Shown in pieces: positions 13,201-27,800 of a stretch of 64,000 nucleotides of DNA. Under the pieces are notes generated by a model that was not told where the DNA came from, searched no databases, and was given only the letters and a program-made list of their open reading frames with translations. The translations under genes were made by a program, and so were the position numbers. Within the stretch, counting starts at the first letter, position 1; each line of letters opens with the position of its first letter. Source of the stretch: Takakia lepidozioides (lineage: Eukaryota > Plantae > Bryophyta); the NCBI GenBank assembly GCA_030704615.1, contig CM060733.1:55738001-55802000 (forward strand). The letters are read 5' to 3'.

Positions 13201-13860
13201 CTTCTAGGATTTCTATTTCTCCCTTCTCTCTTCATAGAAATGTGATGGGTAAATGCTGGTTTCCTCTTCAGTTGGTGTTGCTCACTACACCACAGCAGAT
13301 ACCTCTCAAACAACTTAGGCTTTCCAGCCGCATCTCTGCAACCTGCTCCCACTCTGGGTGTGCAGCAAATAGGGTAGCTTCCTGCTCCTCATCCAGTCAT
13401 ACTCTCTGACTCCTCGAGGTCTTCTTGTAGCAGGTAATCTACTAGATTTCTTTGTGGTAATTTGTATCTCGTGTATCCCATTATGCACGGTTAGTAACTG
13501 AGAATTCCAGTCATGGAATACCCTGGCCTGTTTCAGCCACGGACGTCCCAATAATAAGGAGTAAGCCTCCATGACTTCATCCATTTTTAATACAGTTACT
13601 GTGATCATAAAGATCATTTTCTGTATCTGTATCTTAACTCCTCTTATTAATCCCAATGGCTGTACACTTCTTTGATCTGCCATTGTTACTGTAAATGGGG
13701 CTGGTTTCATGTTACTTAGACCAAGCTTCTTCCTTAATTGGTCTGTCATGATATTTACTCCAGAACCACCATCTATCAGTACATCAGTTAGTTCTGTGCT
13801 TCCAATTCTCAATTGGATTACTGGCATAGAATCATCAAAGTCCATGACTGGTTCTCGCCC
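10290..13860 (-). pseudogene. Element A pol: protease, RT, RNase H, integrase (frameshifted)
   Basis: PR LIDGGSGVNIM. RT PKKNGKLRVCVNY, MDGFSGYNQ, MPFGLCNAPATFQR, FLDDF. RH YYASR...EREALAM...DHQAL. INT HKGVAGGHFG...CDECQR, WGLDFVGP, ISDQGSHF and a GPY module. No chromodomain. Confidence 0.93.
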
Positions 13861-15728
13861 TTCCGGCTTCACATTATAACTGGTCACCTTGCTGTTCAGG
13901 TCTGTGTTTCCTGTCTCTTGGGCAATTCGATTGATTGCTTGATACAGCCTGTGCCTACAATAAGGTGCCACAGCTAATAGCTGTCCAATGGTAATTTCTG
14001 CTTTGGTCTGACATATTACTCAGCCAAAGTCTCTTCATTACTTTGCATGTCTGCATCTTCTTTTTTCCTTTCTTCCTCACTCCCTTCTTTTCTCCATCCG
14101 AATCAGAGGAATCTGCCACAGGAATATCAGTACTCTTTTGCATTTCCCTTATAGTATCTGCCACTTCCTTGTGCAGTTCCTTCTCATCTTTCCAAGTCTC
14201 TTCATCTTCAGGCATATCATTGCCACTTCCAGTCTCATCTTCTTCTCTTCTACTGGGGTATTAGTTTGGCTTTACTTCTTGTTACTATCATTGTACTTAC
14301 TTCTGGTACAACACATGGCCTAACCATGTGAGCTGCCACCACTGGGCCCTCATTCACAGGAGCTCTCATCTCATTCTGGTGTCTTATCCAGAATGAACAG
14401 GCTGCCTTGCGATGTCCTGGCTGATTACAATAGTAACATAGCTCTTCACCATTGGGTCCTCGCCCTTGGTCTGTTCTTGGATTATTTCTATAATCCTGAT
14501 TCCCGGGCTGGTAATTCCCCCTTGGATTACCCTGATAGTTGCCTCTGGAATTTCCTTGGTAATTCCCTCTTGAATTACCTCTCCCTTCCATGCCATTGTT
14601 ATAACCACCAGACCTACCATAGTGGTCCTGATCATTGTTTCTTCTTGGCTGGGGCTGCACCTGATGCACCCTTACTTGCCTAGGTTCTCTTGCAGCTGTC
14701 CTTCTGTTGTAGTAACAATTCTCAGTAGAATGGTTATCCATTTTACAGATAGTACAGTGTTTCTCCTTCATGTGGCATTCTGTATGGTATGGCCTTCATT
14801 CTGGCACTTTGCACACCATACACCCTTCCTCCAATGTGTTGCAGCCTCTGTGGCATACTTCTTCAAGATTTCTTCCAAATTTTTTCATAGTTATCCCTCT
14901 TCAACTTTCCTTTCTCTTACTCTTTCTTTTTAGTTCTTGCTCTTCTTCTTCATCTGACTCATCCTCAGAGTCCTCATCTTCTTTTTCTCTCTCCTGAGCA
15001 TTCCCAATTGCTCAATTCTGTTCGCAGTTTCAAATGCCTCCTCCACTGTATTATGGGGTAACATATCCACTTTCTTTGCAACTCTGGTCTTAGTCCACTC
15101 ACAAACCAAGTCTTCTGTAAACCGGGTGCTGGTACTGCAGCCAGCTTTTTCATCATCAATTCCATCTTCTCCATATACTCTTCAACAGTTTCATGCTTCT
15201 TCTGCTTCAGCTGTTGTAAACTTCCATACACTTCATCCTCAGTTTTACTTGTCCTGAACCTATTTCGAAATGCTGTATTCAAGCCATTCCAGGTTAGGAA
15301 ATGATTATCAGGGAATCTTGCATACCATTCACTTGCTTTCTTGATAAGTGAACAAGGAAACAGTCTCATCTTGGCATCATCGCCATTCTCATTGTTCACT
15401 ATACACATGTGCTCAAATTGGCTAATGTGTACATCGGGATCCCCTTTTCCTGAATATATTGGAAAGGGTGGTTTTTGCCCGTGTTGGTTGTAACGCCATC
15501 TGTGGCCCTACCTTCTGCCCACTGACAGGTGCTGGCACCCTTGCTGGTGCTGGTCCTTCTGGACCTGTTGTTTTTGTGGTGGATCTTCCACCAAGTGGTG
15601 GCCCTTGAGCACTCCCTGCTTCTGGCCCCACGATATTCACAGTATTCCCAGCTTCAGTTGCACTACTTCCCACACTCCCTGTCCCCCCAGAGCCAGATCC
15701 AGGCAGCCCGCCTGATCCCCCTGAGCCG
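13861..15728 (-). pseudogene. Element A gag (first copy)
   Basis: Retrotransposon gag-like KMRLFPCSL...WYARFP...LKQKKHETVEEY. Zinc knuckles CTICKMDNHSTENC and CYYCNQPGHRKAAC. GNYQGN repeats. Confidence 0.88.
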
Positions 15729-16394
15729 CTGTTTAGGTCTGTGTTTCCTGTCTCCTGGGCAATTTGATTGATTGCTTGACAGCCTGTGCGGTCTGGGAAA
15801 GAAAGGAGTGATAAAGATTTATCAAGCCTGTAGAGGAAGAGCACGTTGGTTACCAAACATTGGTTTATGTGATAGCATTGCTATCCATTTAAACGAGTAG
15901 AGTTTGAAGGCTGGAGGAAAGAAAGGTGAATGTTTATACTCATATGCATGAAGAGCTTGTACTGGTAAAGAATTGGATTCCAAAGGATATTTTGTGGATC
16001 AAACTCACACCAAGAAAAGCTTTTCAGACTTGTTTGCCATATGGTTATATGGTAACGGAGACTTCAAGTATAGCCAAGGGTGCATTGAAGCTTAAAAGAA
16101 ACCCAGGCATATACGAGAGATATTACAGAAGAGAGTTTTGGTTATTGCCACATTAAAAGAAATGAAAGCAGGGACATGAGTGATGAAAGAGAAGCTAGAC
16201 GACAGAGATATTCAGCAAAAAGTGTTACATGAGTGTGAGAGAACCCAAGGGCAGAACTTGGAGGATGAAAACAGAGAGAAGAATTAGAAGGAAGAATATG
16301 AGAAGTAGACCCAACAGCTGAGGTTGAGACTACAACCAGGACATCCAACCCGTTGGACCTGGATCAAGTGGAGCACTTGGATCACAGGCCAACG

Positions 16395-19388
16395 ACATCT
16401 CATGGCCTGCCACAGTGTCTAATACTGCTTCTGTGAATGGCAAAGGAAAAGGATCTTTCTTCGTACAAGCATTCAGCTTCTTGTAGTTCACACATACTCT
16501 TAGTTTGCCATTCTTCTTGGGAACTATAACAATGGGTGACAACCAAGTTGTATACTCTATTGGGTATATAAACTTAGCCTCAGCCAACTTCTTAATCTCT
16601 TCTCCAACCTTCTGTGCGTAGTTGGGATTCATTCTGTACCTCGCTGCTTGATTGGTACTGACCCTGGTTCAGTTCAATCTTATGCTGACAGATTTCAGGT
16701 GGTATCCCTTTTAAATCCTCATAACTCCAAGCAAATACATCTCTGTATTTGATGAACAAGCTTTTAGCTTCTTCAAAGAACTCCGGCTCCAAATCAGCTC
16801 CTACTTTCACCATCCTCGGTTCCTCTTTAGTTCCCACATTCACTTCCCTCACTGCTCATCAGCTGTGATTGTCCAACCAGTCAGCACTTCATCCTGTAAG
16901 CTCACAGTGGCTGGTTCCTCTAGGATTTCCATTTCTCCTTCTTTCTTCATAGAAATGTGATGGGTAACTGCTGGTTTCCCTCTTCAGTTGGTGTTGCTGT
17001 CACTTACACCACAGCAGATACCTCTTAAACAACTTAGGCTTTCCAGCCGCATCTTTGCAACCTGCTCCCACTCTGGGTGTGCCAAATAGGGTAGCTTCCT
17101 GCTCCTCATCCAGTCCTCCTCTCCAGTCATACTCTCTGACTCCTCGAGGTCTTCTTGTAGCAGGTAATCTACTAGATTTCTTGTGGTAATTTGTATCTCG
17201 TGTATTCCATTATGCACGGTTAGTAACTGAGAATTCCAGTCATGGAATACCCTGGCCTGTTTCAGCCACGGACGTCCCAATAATAAGGAGTAAGCCTCCA
17301 TGACTTCATCCATCTTCAACACAGTTACTGTGATCATAAAGATCATCTTCTGTATCTGTATCTTAACTCCTTTTATCAATCCCAATGGCTGTACACTTCT
17401 TTGATCTGCCATTGTTACTGTAAATGGGGCTGGTTTTCATGTGACTTCGACCAAGCTTCTTCCTTAATTGGTCTGTCATGATATTTACTCCAGAACCTCC
17501 ATCTATCAGTACATCAGTTAGTTCTGTGCTCCCAATTTCTCAATTGGATTACTGGCATAGAATCATCAAAGTCCATGACTGTTTCTCGCCCTTCCGGCTT
17601 CACATTATAACTGCCTACAATAAGGTGCCACAGCCAATAGCTGTCCAATGGTAATCTCTGCTTTGGTCTGGCATATTATTTCAGCCAAAGTCTCTTCATT
17701 ACTTTGCATGCCTGCATGTTCTTTCTTCCTTTCATCCTCACTCACTCTTCTTTCATCAGAATCAGAGGAATCTGCCACATGAATATCAGTACTCTTTTGC
17801 ATTCCCTTTGGTATCTGCCACTTCCTTGTGCAGTTCCTTCTCATCTTTCCAAGTCTTTCATCTTCAGGGGCATTCACTGCCATCTTCATTATCATCATCT
17901 TCCTAGCTACTGGAGGTATTAGTTTGGCTTTGCTTCTTGGTTACTATCATTGTACTTACTTCTGGTACAACACATGGCCTAACCATGTGAGCTGCCACCA
18001 CTGGGCCCTCATTCACAGGAGCTCTCATCTCATTCTGGTGTCTTATCCAGAATGAACAGGCTCCCCTGCGATGTCCTGGCTGATTACAATAGTAACATAG
18101 TTCTTCACCATTGGGTCCTCGCCCTTGGTCTGTTCTTGGATTATTTCTATAATCCTGATTCCCGGGCTGGTAATTCCCTTGGATTACCTGATAGTTGCCT
18201 CTGGAATTTCCTTGGTAATTCCCCTCTTGAATTACCCTCTCCTTCCATGCCATTGTTATAACCACAAGACCTACCATAGTGGTCCTGATCATTGTTTCTT
18301 CTTGGCTGGGGTTGCACCTGATGCACCCTTACTTGCCTAGGTTCTCTTGCAGCTGTCCTTCTGTGTTGTAGTAACAATTCTCAGTAGAATGGTTATCCAT
18401 TTTACAGATTGTACAATGTTTCTCCTTCATTGGCATTCTGTGGTGGTATGGCCTTCATTCTGGCACTTTGCACACCATACACCCTTCCTCCAATGTGTTG
18501 CAGCCTCTGTGGCATACTTCTTCAAGATTTCTTCCAATTTTTTCATAGTTATCCCTCTTCAACTTCTCCTTTCTCTTACTCTTTCTTTTTAGTTCTTGCT
18601 CTTCTTCTTCATCTGACTCATCCTCAGAGTTATCATCCTTTTTCTCTCTCCTGAGCATTCCCAATTGCTCAATTCTGTTTGCAGTTTCAAATGCCTCCTC
18701 CACTGTATTATGGGGTAACATATCCACTTCTTTTGCAACTCTGGTCTTAGTCCACTCACAAACCAAGTCTTCTGTAAACCGGGGTGCTGGTACTGCAGCC
18801 AGCTTTTTCATCATCAACATTCCATCTTTTCCATATACTCCTCAACAGTTTCATGCTTCTTTTGCTTAAACTGTTGTAAACTTCCATACACTTCATCCTC
18901 AGTTTTACTTGTCCTGAACCTATTTCGAAATGCTGTATTCAAGCCATTCCAGGTTAGGAAATGATATTTAGGGAATCTTGCATACCATTCACTTGCTTTC
19001 TTGATAAGTGAACAGGAGGAAAACAATCTCATCTTGGCATCATCGCCATTCTCATTGTTCACTATACACATGTGCTCAAATTGGCTAATGTGTACATCGG
19101 GATCCCCTTTTCCTGATATATTGGAAAGGGTGGTTTTTCCCGTTGGTTGTAACGCCATCTGTGGCCCTACCTCTGCCACTGAACAGGTGCTGGCACCCTT
19201 ACTGGTGCTGGTCCTTCTGGACCTGTTGTTTTTGTGGTGGATTCTCTACCAAGTGGTGGCCCTTGAGCACTCCCTGCTTCTAGCCCCACGATATTCACAG
19301 TATTCCCAGCTTCAATTGCACTACTTCCCACACTCCCTGTCCCCCCAGAGCCAGATCCAGGCAGCCCGCCTGATCCCCCTGAGCCGAC
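16395..19388 (-). repeat. Second, diverged copy of element A gag-PR-RT(N-term), duplicating 12676-15728
   Basis: Collinear near-identical sequence with scattered SNPs and indels; it continues into the gag 5' region up to 19640. Confidence 0.9.
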
Positions 19389-19650
19389 ACCTTCGTTGGC
19401 CTGTGATCCAAGTGCTCCACTTGATCCAGGTCCAACGGGATGGGATGTCCTGGTTGTAGTCTCAACCTCAGCTGTTGGGTCTACTTCTTCATATTCTTCC
19501 TCTTCCAATTTCTTTCTCTGTTTTCATCCTCCAAGTTCTGCCCTTGGGTTTTTTTCTCACCCATGTAACTCAACTGCAATGGGTGGGAGTCTGAACTCTC
19601 CGTTGGCTCTGCCACATCCTCTTCTCCTTCTTCACCTTCCTGTAGTGTGA

Positions 19651-21829
19651 AAAGAAGGGGCGTGAATCCCCTTCTGTATAATTCCAATTGTGCTCCCCTC
19701 CATTTGATTGTTTGCGGAGTAAGAGGAAAGAAGCGTTCTTTCTAATCTGTCCAACTGTCGTCCCTTGGCTGTGGGTTTCCCTCAGCTCCTCCGTGATCAG
19801 AGTTCAATGCGATCCTCATCCACGCCGCAGCGGAAGGGAAGACATAGATGAGGATGTCAATTTGTTGTTCTCTCTTGGTTCTACCTTTCACCAACATCCC
19901 CTATCAGCAGGTACAGCACCAGCTAGGCTGGTGCGATGTATTCAGTGATGCAAATCAGCCCAATTGGCAGCGGTAAACACGATCCTTTATGTGAAGCCCA
20001 CTTGAGCAGTGACAGGTCGGAAATCCCCTTTTTGTAGTGGTGACACAGATCTAGGAGGAGGCAGCTCAGATCTTCATGGTCTGCAGGGGCACTGGTTTCT
20101 TTCAGGTTTTCTTCATCTCATCTCCCCAAATTGGCCAAACCCCCCACCCAACAGCCCTTAGAATCTGCAGCTCTCTCCTTGCCCAAATCCCATTTTCACT
20201 CTCCTCTCTCTCTCTCTTTCTTTTCCCTTTTTGTCTGTTTCGCTATCTGGTTTATGTCCCCAGGTTCCCCACTATTTCACAGCAGCAGATCTGTCATGTA
20301 ATGTGAATGCACACGCTGCTAGGCATCCAGTGCGGCCAGCCTTGAGGTCATCCTTGGTCTCTCAAGACAACCATCCCATCCATTTGTCTCTCTCTTTTTC
20401 TCTCTCTTGTCCCCCCTTTCAATGACCCATCGCTCAAACAGCTCTCATCCTTTTTTTGTCAGACTTCAACCCAAATACCCCAACACCCCTCTTTTCCCTT
20501 CAACTGTGGAACGCAGTTGTTCAGATCCTGATCCCATAGTGAAATCACCTTATCCTTTCCATGTTTTTTTTTTCCAACTCCAGCTAACTATCATTGATCT
20601 CCAAACAAACAAGCAAGATCTACATTGGTTCCAGGTTATCACTACACACGGCAGCATGGTGTCCAGGTTTATGATACTGAATCAAATGCAAGAATGAAGA
20701 CAACAGTGACCATTCTGAATTCAGTGACGAGCAGGCTCTCTCTTTCTCTCTCTCTTCACTTATTTCTCTCACTGTCATCACACATCAGGTGCATCCATCC
20801 TTTCCACGTTCTGGTCTGAAGTCCAGAGTCTCCATTCCCATTTCAAAAACTTTTTCTTGTCACATCTCTACCTTCTTTCTTCTGCCAAGATGGCAGTCCT
20901 AAATCTACCAAAGCAAGTTCTAAGTCCTAACCAAAAGAAGCCCCTGTTCATCGACTTATCTGTTTTTATCCACTAGTGAAGCGGCGGGTCTGCCTGTCAA
21001 GGTGGCACCTTGCCATCGCCCGTCAACAGCCACTTCAACCCTTCTCTTTGTCTTGATTCCAGACCTTATGACGCCATGATGGCTCCCCTTCTTCACTTGG
21101 ACCATCCTGTGGCCTGTCAACCAGATTACACTATGCAATTCTTCCTCTCGAATTGGCCTGGTCCTATAACAAGGAGACACAAAGCAGCTAGAAGCTTAAT
21201 GACAGAGAACCTGAGATACCATGTAGCCAGAACTCCACATGCTTACCTCCCCCCCATTGATTGTGCCCAGACCCTCTTCCTGTGCTTTCAGCAGCTGGCC
21301 TTTTCCTTGCTTGCTCATCTGCCCATAACTATCATCTTCAAGGCACTGGCGGCAGTGGTGGTGCGCCGCTTTCCTTAGATGCTTCTATCTCTTGGAATTG
21401 ATCATTACTACGAGAGAGGCGGCACCGCTTCTTTCTACACAGAATACCAAGCAGAGGCCTCTTAATGCCGCTTCCTAAGCCAAGCAAGATCCCACCGCGC
21501 AGGTACACCTCCTAACACAGGCTGCCCTGCCGACACCACTGCTTGCAACAGCCGCTACGAGCCATCCGTCATCTTCCTCTTCGTTTTTCTCAACCCGTGA
21601 TCCTTTAGGTCAAGAACCAGTGATGAAAACGTTCATCGCATGGATGAAAATGTGTACCGTCATGACTTAGCCATTTTCTCCTGGCAAAGCATAAGTTGAG
21701 TGTGCTCATGAAATTACCTATATGAAGGGATACATCCTTTCTGCAGTTGGGATGACGGGCACTCCGTCATAGTGATGTAGGTCGTAATGGTAACATATGT
21801 AATGTTCTGTTCCCTGCATTCACACTACA
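19651..21829 (-). repeat. Element B 3' long repeat (A2)
   Basis: Near-identical to 28385-30565, differing mostly by small indels. Flanked by 9-bp B units at 21830-21838 and 19641-19649. Confidence 0.95.
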
Positions 21830-21838
21830 TATAGTGTG

Positions 21839-21849
21839 TCTCCCTTTTT
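21839..21849 (-). promoter_or_regulatory. Polypurine tract of element B
   Basis: Minus strand AAAAAGGGAGA just downstream of the integrase, separated from the TG of the repeat by CACACTATA. Confidence 0.8.
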
Positions 21850-21869
21850 AAGTGTCAGGGTCCTCACTG

Positions 21870-24800
21870 ACCACCTTCACTGGCTGATCACACACTGGTG
21901 GTAAGAAGGGTTTCAAGTCCCTCCTACTTCTTGTCCATTCCTTGTTTGCCCATCTCTTAGCCTGCATCTGCGTGCAGCTTCCCCTATCCTTGTGGTGTTT
22001 CCTGCATCTTTGTACCCAAAAAGTCATAAGGTCCCTCCCATGGAGATGTCATGGAAGATCTCTTTCCAGGCCTCAACATCATAACCTTGCTGTTTTCCAT
22101 CAACTTGCAGTAGGTATGCCCAGTTTGATGCCTCCTTTCATAATCCCTTGCCTGCTGCCGCTGCCCTTTCTTCACCCTTTTCGCAGCTTTGCCTTCATCT
22201 GTGTGAGAAGCTGGATTTTCTGCTGCATCATAAGTGTGACCTCTGCTACAGATCCATCAGAATTTACTGGTGTTGTAAGAAAATGCAACCTGTTGTCAAT
22301 TCCCAGCCTTGGAATTCTACCAGTAAGTACCTGAAAAGGTGAGAATCCAGTGGAAGCATGGACACCCATTCTGTAACCAAACAGGGCCTTATAGAGATTC
22401 TGATCCCATTCAGTGTCGTTTCCACTCCTAGGGTGGTGATGCTCTGTTTGAGAGACTTAATGACCCTTTCCACCATACCGTTACACTGAGGCCAGTAGGG
22501 GGCGCTATGCTCCCTCTTTATACCGTATTCGTGGCATGTAATTTCAAACTCACCTCCCCACTCTGTGCCATTGTCAGTGAGCAACGTATGTGGCAGCTAT
22601 ACCTGTCAATTACTTCTTCCTCAAGAAAGCGGGCAGCAAGGGCTGCTGTATGATCTGCCACTGGTGCAGCTTCTATCCATTTTGAGAAGTGATCGATTGC
22701 CAAAAAAAGTACTGATTGCCCCTGCTGGTTATAGGTAATGGTCCTGCCGTGTCAATTGCAACTCTGAAAAACAGATCTACTACTGGAATGCTGTGAAGTT
22801 TTGAGCTACCTGAGCGCAACACTCCGTTCTGTTTGGCCATCTGACATTTACCACAGCCCTTGAGAACTTTCCTGATGAGTTTTGTTCTATCATGCCAGAA
22901 ATAACGTCGGCATATCTCCTCTTGAGTTCTTCTGACTCCAAAGTGGCCAGTGGCTTCATGTACTTCAGTGATTATTGCCCCTCTGTCAGTTCTTGGTGGA
23001 ACTACCCTTCCATCAAAGTAGACCTCACCTTTGAGATAGGAGTACTGCCTTGCCCGCCTCTTGGCTCTCGTGCTCTCCTCTTTTGTCAGGTAGTCATTGA
23101 CTTCTCCAAAACATAAGAGGTGCATGACTTCCACATCATCAAGCACATCAGGTTGCCTTTCCTCCTTAACAGCTGCTGTATGCTGGTCAGAGCTGATGAG
23201 AGAGCTTTTCCCCCATCTTTCAGCCTCACGTAATAATGACATCTGAGTAGCTTTGGTGGGTGCGGTCCATGGTACCCAGTCCCCTTCATCAATCTTGTTG
23301 CAAGAAGAAGTGTCTGGTTCTGAACCACTTGTTCCATACTGTCTGAAGAACAAAACGTTTTAGTGGAACACTCACCCCCCATTTTCCTTGGCTGGGCATT
23401 CTGATGAGGAAGTCACCCGCGTTCTTCTTGTAGTTGGAGTGCTTGTCAAGTCTTGAAGGAATGGTGGCTCCCGCAAGCTTCCCTTTCATTGTTCGATCTC
23501 TCTTCCACAAGTTCACAGGCTGGATGTACCTCGCTCAGCTCCTTATCACGAGCACGAGATCCTCGGGTAATCACATGGATGGTGGGACAAGAGGGCATCA
23601 GATGCTCCCTTCCTGTTGCTGATTGCAGTAGCCTCTTTCCTTCCTGCACCCTTATCCTTCCAAATACCCTCCCTTACCAGATTGACAGAGCTTGATTGAT
23701 CAATACCCTTTCCTTGTTTTTTTGCAGCAAAAGTCTGTGCAGCAAAAGTCACCCTCTTTCCTTCTCCATCTGGCATTATGCCTGGTTTCAGTTCTCCCTT
23801 CAATATGCCATGATCCTTGGTCAACATTCTACCTGTGGAAGGTCTTACTATGCCCGGAACGAACTCAAATGAAAAGTCACCAAGTAAGTCTATGCCTATG
23901 TGGTGCTCTGAGTACAGCCACCAATATGGATCTAGATCTGTTTCCAAAGAAAAATGACTTCCCAACAGTATTTTCTTGAAGTGCCAAAGGCCCCATACAC
24001 ATGCATAGTACTCTTCTCTTTTGCAAATCATCTCCCCTTTTTCACTGCTATACCCTACTTGCCTATGAGCTTCTTCTCTCAACTCCTCCTTACCCTCCTT
24101 AAATTGAAATAACGAAGCATTGATGGCACCCCTATCCCAAGCTAGCTTAAGAAGATAGGCTCCATCCCTCTTTCTCCCTTCTCTTTTCTGACTGTATAGA
24201 GAAGTAGAGTATACCTCGATTTCCTCGGTTTCCTCAGCTGGTCCCACTGGATACCTGCTTAGTGCATCTACGTTAGCATGCCTAGCACCTGCTCTGTGAA
24301 CAATTTTAAACTCAAAATCTTGTAACATCATGATCCATCTACCCCTGCGTCCATATGCGTCACTTACGTTGCCAACCACTCCAGAGGTTTGTGATCAGTC
24401 CTGATTACAAAAGGGGTTCCATAGGTACTGCCGAAAGTGTAATACTCCCCACACCAGGGCATAGCATTCACCTTCCATAGGGTGATATTTGCGCTGAGCA
24501 TCAGATAGTACCTTACTAGCGTATGCAATGACCCTCTCCTTTTATACTCCTTTTGTGACAAGACTGCCCCTACTCCTTTGATGGACCAGTCAACATCAAG
24601 ACGAACGGTCTTGAGAAATCTGGTCTTGCCAGGATGGGAGCAGTTACCAACTTCACCTGTAAGCAGAAAAGGCGTTTTGTGCCTCTGCACTCCAGATAAA
24701 CTTCACATCCTTCTTGGTTAGAGTGAACAAGGGTACTGCCACTCCAGCATATCCTTGACATAGGGCCTATAGTACCCTGTCATGCCTAAGTAGCTTTTGA

Positions 24801-27800
24801 GAGCAGTGTGGTTTTTGGGCAAGGGAAACCTTTCAATAGAGCTATCTTATCTGGATCAGGCCACGTTCCCTCTTCAGAGATCACATGCCCAAGGAATACC
24901 AACTGTAAGTTGGCAAAGTAACACTTGTCGGATTGAGCCTAAGATTGGCCTTTCTAACCTTGCTCAATACTCTCTTTATATGTCCCACGTGATCTCCCCA
25001 GTCCTTGCTATGGATATTGACGTCATCTACAAACACCTTAGCGCAATCTTTGATTTCTTCCTTGAGCACCTATTCATTGTTCTCTGAAAGGTAGCAGTGG
25101 CATTTTTTAGCCCGAATGGCATGACCAGCCATTCATACAATCCCTTCTTTGTGATCACTGCTGTTTTGCCTATGTCTCGGTCGTCCATTTTGATCTGCCA
25201 AAAACCAGATTGTAAATCCAGCGCAGAAAACCACTTGGCTTTCCCCAACTGGTTTAAAACATCCTGAATTAATGGCATAGGGTAAGAGTCCCTTCTGGTT
25301 AAACGGTTTACTGGCCTAAAATCACCACAAAACCGCTTGGATCCATCCTTTTTTGGTGGAAGGGTAACTGGACACGACCATTCTGAGCTACTCTCTCTCA
25401 TCTTGCCTTGTGAGATCAAAGTCTCAATTTGTCCTTGGACCTCGTCTTCCTCCCATTCTGATAGGCGGCTGGGACGACTTCTGCAAGGGGGAAAACCTTG
25501 TGTGTCAATTGTGTGTTCTACCTCACTGCAGTATCCCAAGTCAGCCTTGCTAAGAGCAAAGCATTCCTGGTTTGCTTTCAGCTCTTGCTCAAGCTCTATC
25601 CTATGTTCTGGGGCCAGTTCTGGGTTGATGTGCAGTCTGGATTTCAGACTTCTCCAACGACTCTCCATTTCTTCCTCTTGACTGGGTTCCCAATTCCTTC
25701 CTCCACCTGGCTTACAGAGTTAGCCATTCTCTGACGTTCCTCTTGTGTGACAACCTGATTCCAATCATGGAAGTCATCCTCTATTTCTAGGTTGTTGTTC
25801 CCTAGTTCACCATTCCAAGCTTTCTGTAAGCTTCCTGTATTATGGCGCAGCCATGCTCTTATGGGTCTCTTCCTGAAGGAGTTCAGACATCCCTTGGTCC
25901 TCGAACAAGTCCTCCCCTAGGTTGACATCGTCTATTATTTCCTCAACATCCCTCAGTGCTGTTTCTACCTCCTTACTCTCCTCAGAGCCTCCCATCTCCT
26001 CATCTTTATCAGATTTAGAGGTGTCAGAACCTGAGGATGCTTCCTCCGTGTCCTCATATTCTTCCTCTGGTTTTCTTTTCTTCTCCCACAAGCCTAGGTA
26101 CTGTTCATCTGACGTCAGGGTTAGGACATTACCTGCTGACGTACTGCTTGCATATCTCATTCTACTCTCGACCCCTCTATGGTAGGCTGTTTTGGTAACT
26201 GCAGGCTCATTATAATTGATGGTGTGCAAAGGGAAGTGAGCAAAATCCTTTCCTGGCCCATAGCGTACGCGAATTGTTTCAGCTTCGGTGTCCACTACAG
26301 CGCCAAACTTTTTGAGAAAGTCCAATCCAGCAGCATGTGATATGTATCCGTGTTTTACCACCATAAAGGACAAACGATTGGTAGTTCTCCTACTTTGACC
26401 TTGATGTCCTCAAGTCTGCCCATTGCAGTCTCAAGAGCACCTGAGGCTACTCTGTAATTCACATCCTTACTAGTAATGACAGATCCCATCAAACCAGATC
26501 CCTGACTGTACTAGCTGATATTACAGAAAGCATGGCACCAGTGTCAATCTGGCCTAAACTTGGTAATCTCCCATTGTAATCATTACATGAAGCGCTTTAA
26601 CCTTACCAGTATAAGCATACGAGATCGTGGGCTCAGCGTGTGCTGAGTACAAAGGCCTTGGTACATCCTTCACAACTTCTACACTGTGAGTTTGTCTCCC
26701 TTTGTTGTACCATTGCTCTTTCCACCACTTTGACCAGCCCTTTCAATTTGTCTAGCTCTCCGGGCACAGTCATGATTAGGTCCATGGGCGACAACGATAT
26801 TCTCCCTTTGTAGAAGTGGTTCAAGATTCTGGATTTCGTACCTCCTTCTATAGCATTCTTGAAATTGTTCTTTGGGTAGATTTCACTCTTGGTCTTGCTT
26901 GGCTGTTCACTGCTCTCACTATTCCTTTCTGGTGACCCTGTAGGTTCAACAATCGGACTCTGGACAGGTATGCGTGTCCTTGGAAGTCTGACTTCATTGA
27001 TACTATTTCGTGACATCAGATCTGTCATCTCTGCGAGTACATCATCCTCATCATCATAGAACACGTCTACAAAGTTAGTTCCCGGAGTTCCCATCATAGT
27101 TTGGTCGAGTTTTCTACTGCACTCACTCTCCGTATGCCCGAGTAGCTTGCAAAAGTTGCATCTCACACCACACATTTCCGTGGAATGCCCGAACCGGTGA
27201 CATTTGTCACACTTAGCTGGGGTTCTTCCTTCAGGACAATATGCAGCTATGTGACCTTCTTTGTGACAAACATTACAAAGGCGAACACGAGGTGGTGTTC
27301 TAGATCCCGAGCTTTCTCCTATGACTGGTCCCCTATCAAAGTACTTCTGTAGGGTAGTGTTCAGCTGATCAAGTCTTCTGTCCACAGGGTTGACAAACAC
27401 AACTGACTCATCTGTATCATCTCCTTCCAATGGTTCTAGAGGTATTTCCCCTAACTTTCCCAGGCCCCTTTCAATCTCAATGGCTGTGTCAAGTGCTTCC
27501 TCTACATCAAGGAAGCGCCTGCCCAGCATTACTCTTGCTATTTCTGGTCTCAACCTGCTGCAAATCTACGCCTCTGTTCCAAATCAGACGCCCCACTTCT
27601 TATAAATAACCGGTTCAACCTATCGAAGTATGTTTGAACCCTTTGTCTACTCTCCTGTTTAATGGTATCCATTCTTAGCCTAATTTCTGCCAAGTCAACG
27701 ATACCAAACTTGGCTGAAATTGCTGCCCTAAAGTCCACCCAGTTGTTTGGTCTAGGGTTTTGTTTACGGTACCATTCATCAGCCTTGGCTCTCAGGTTGA

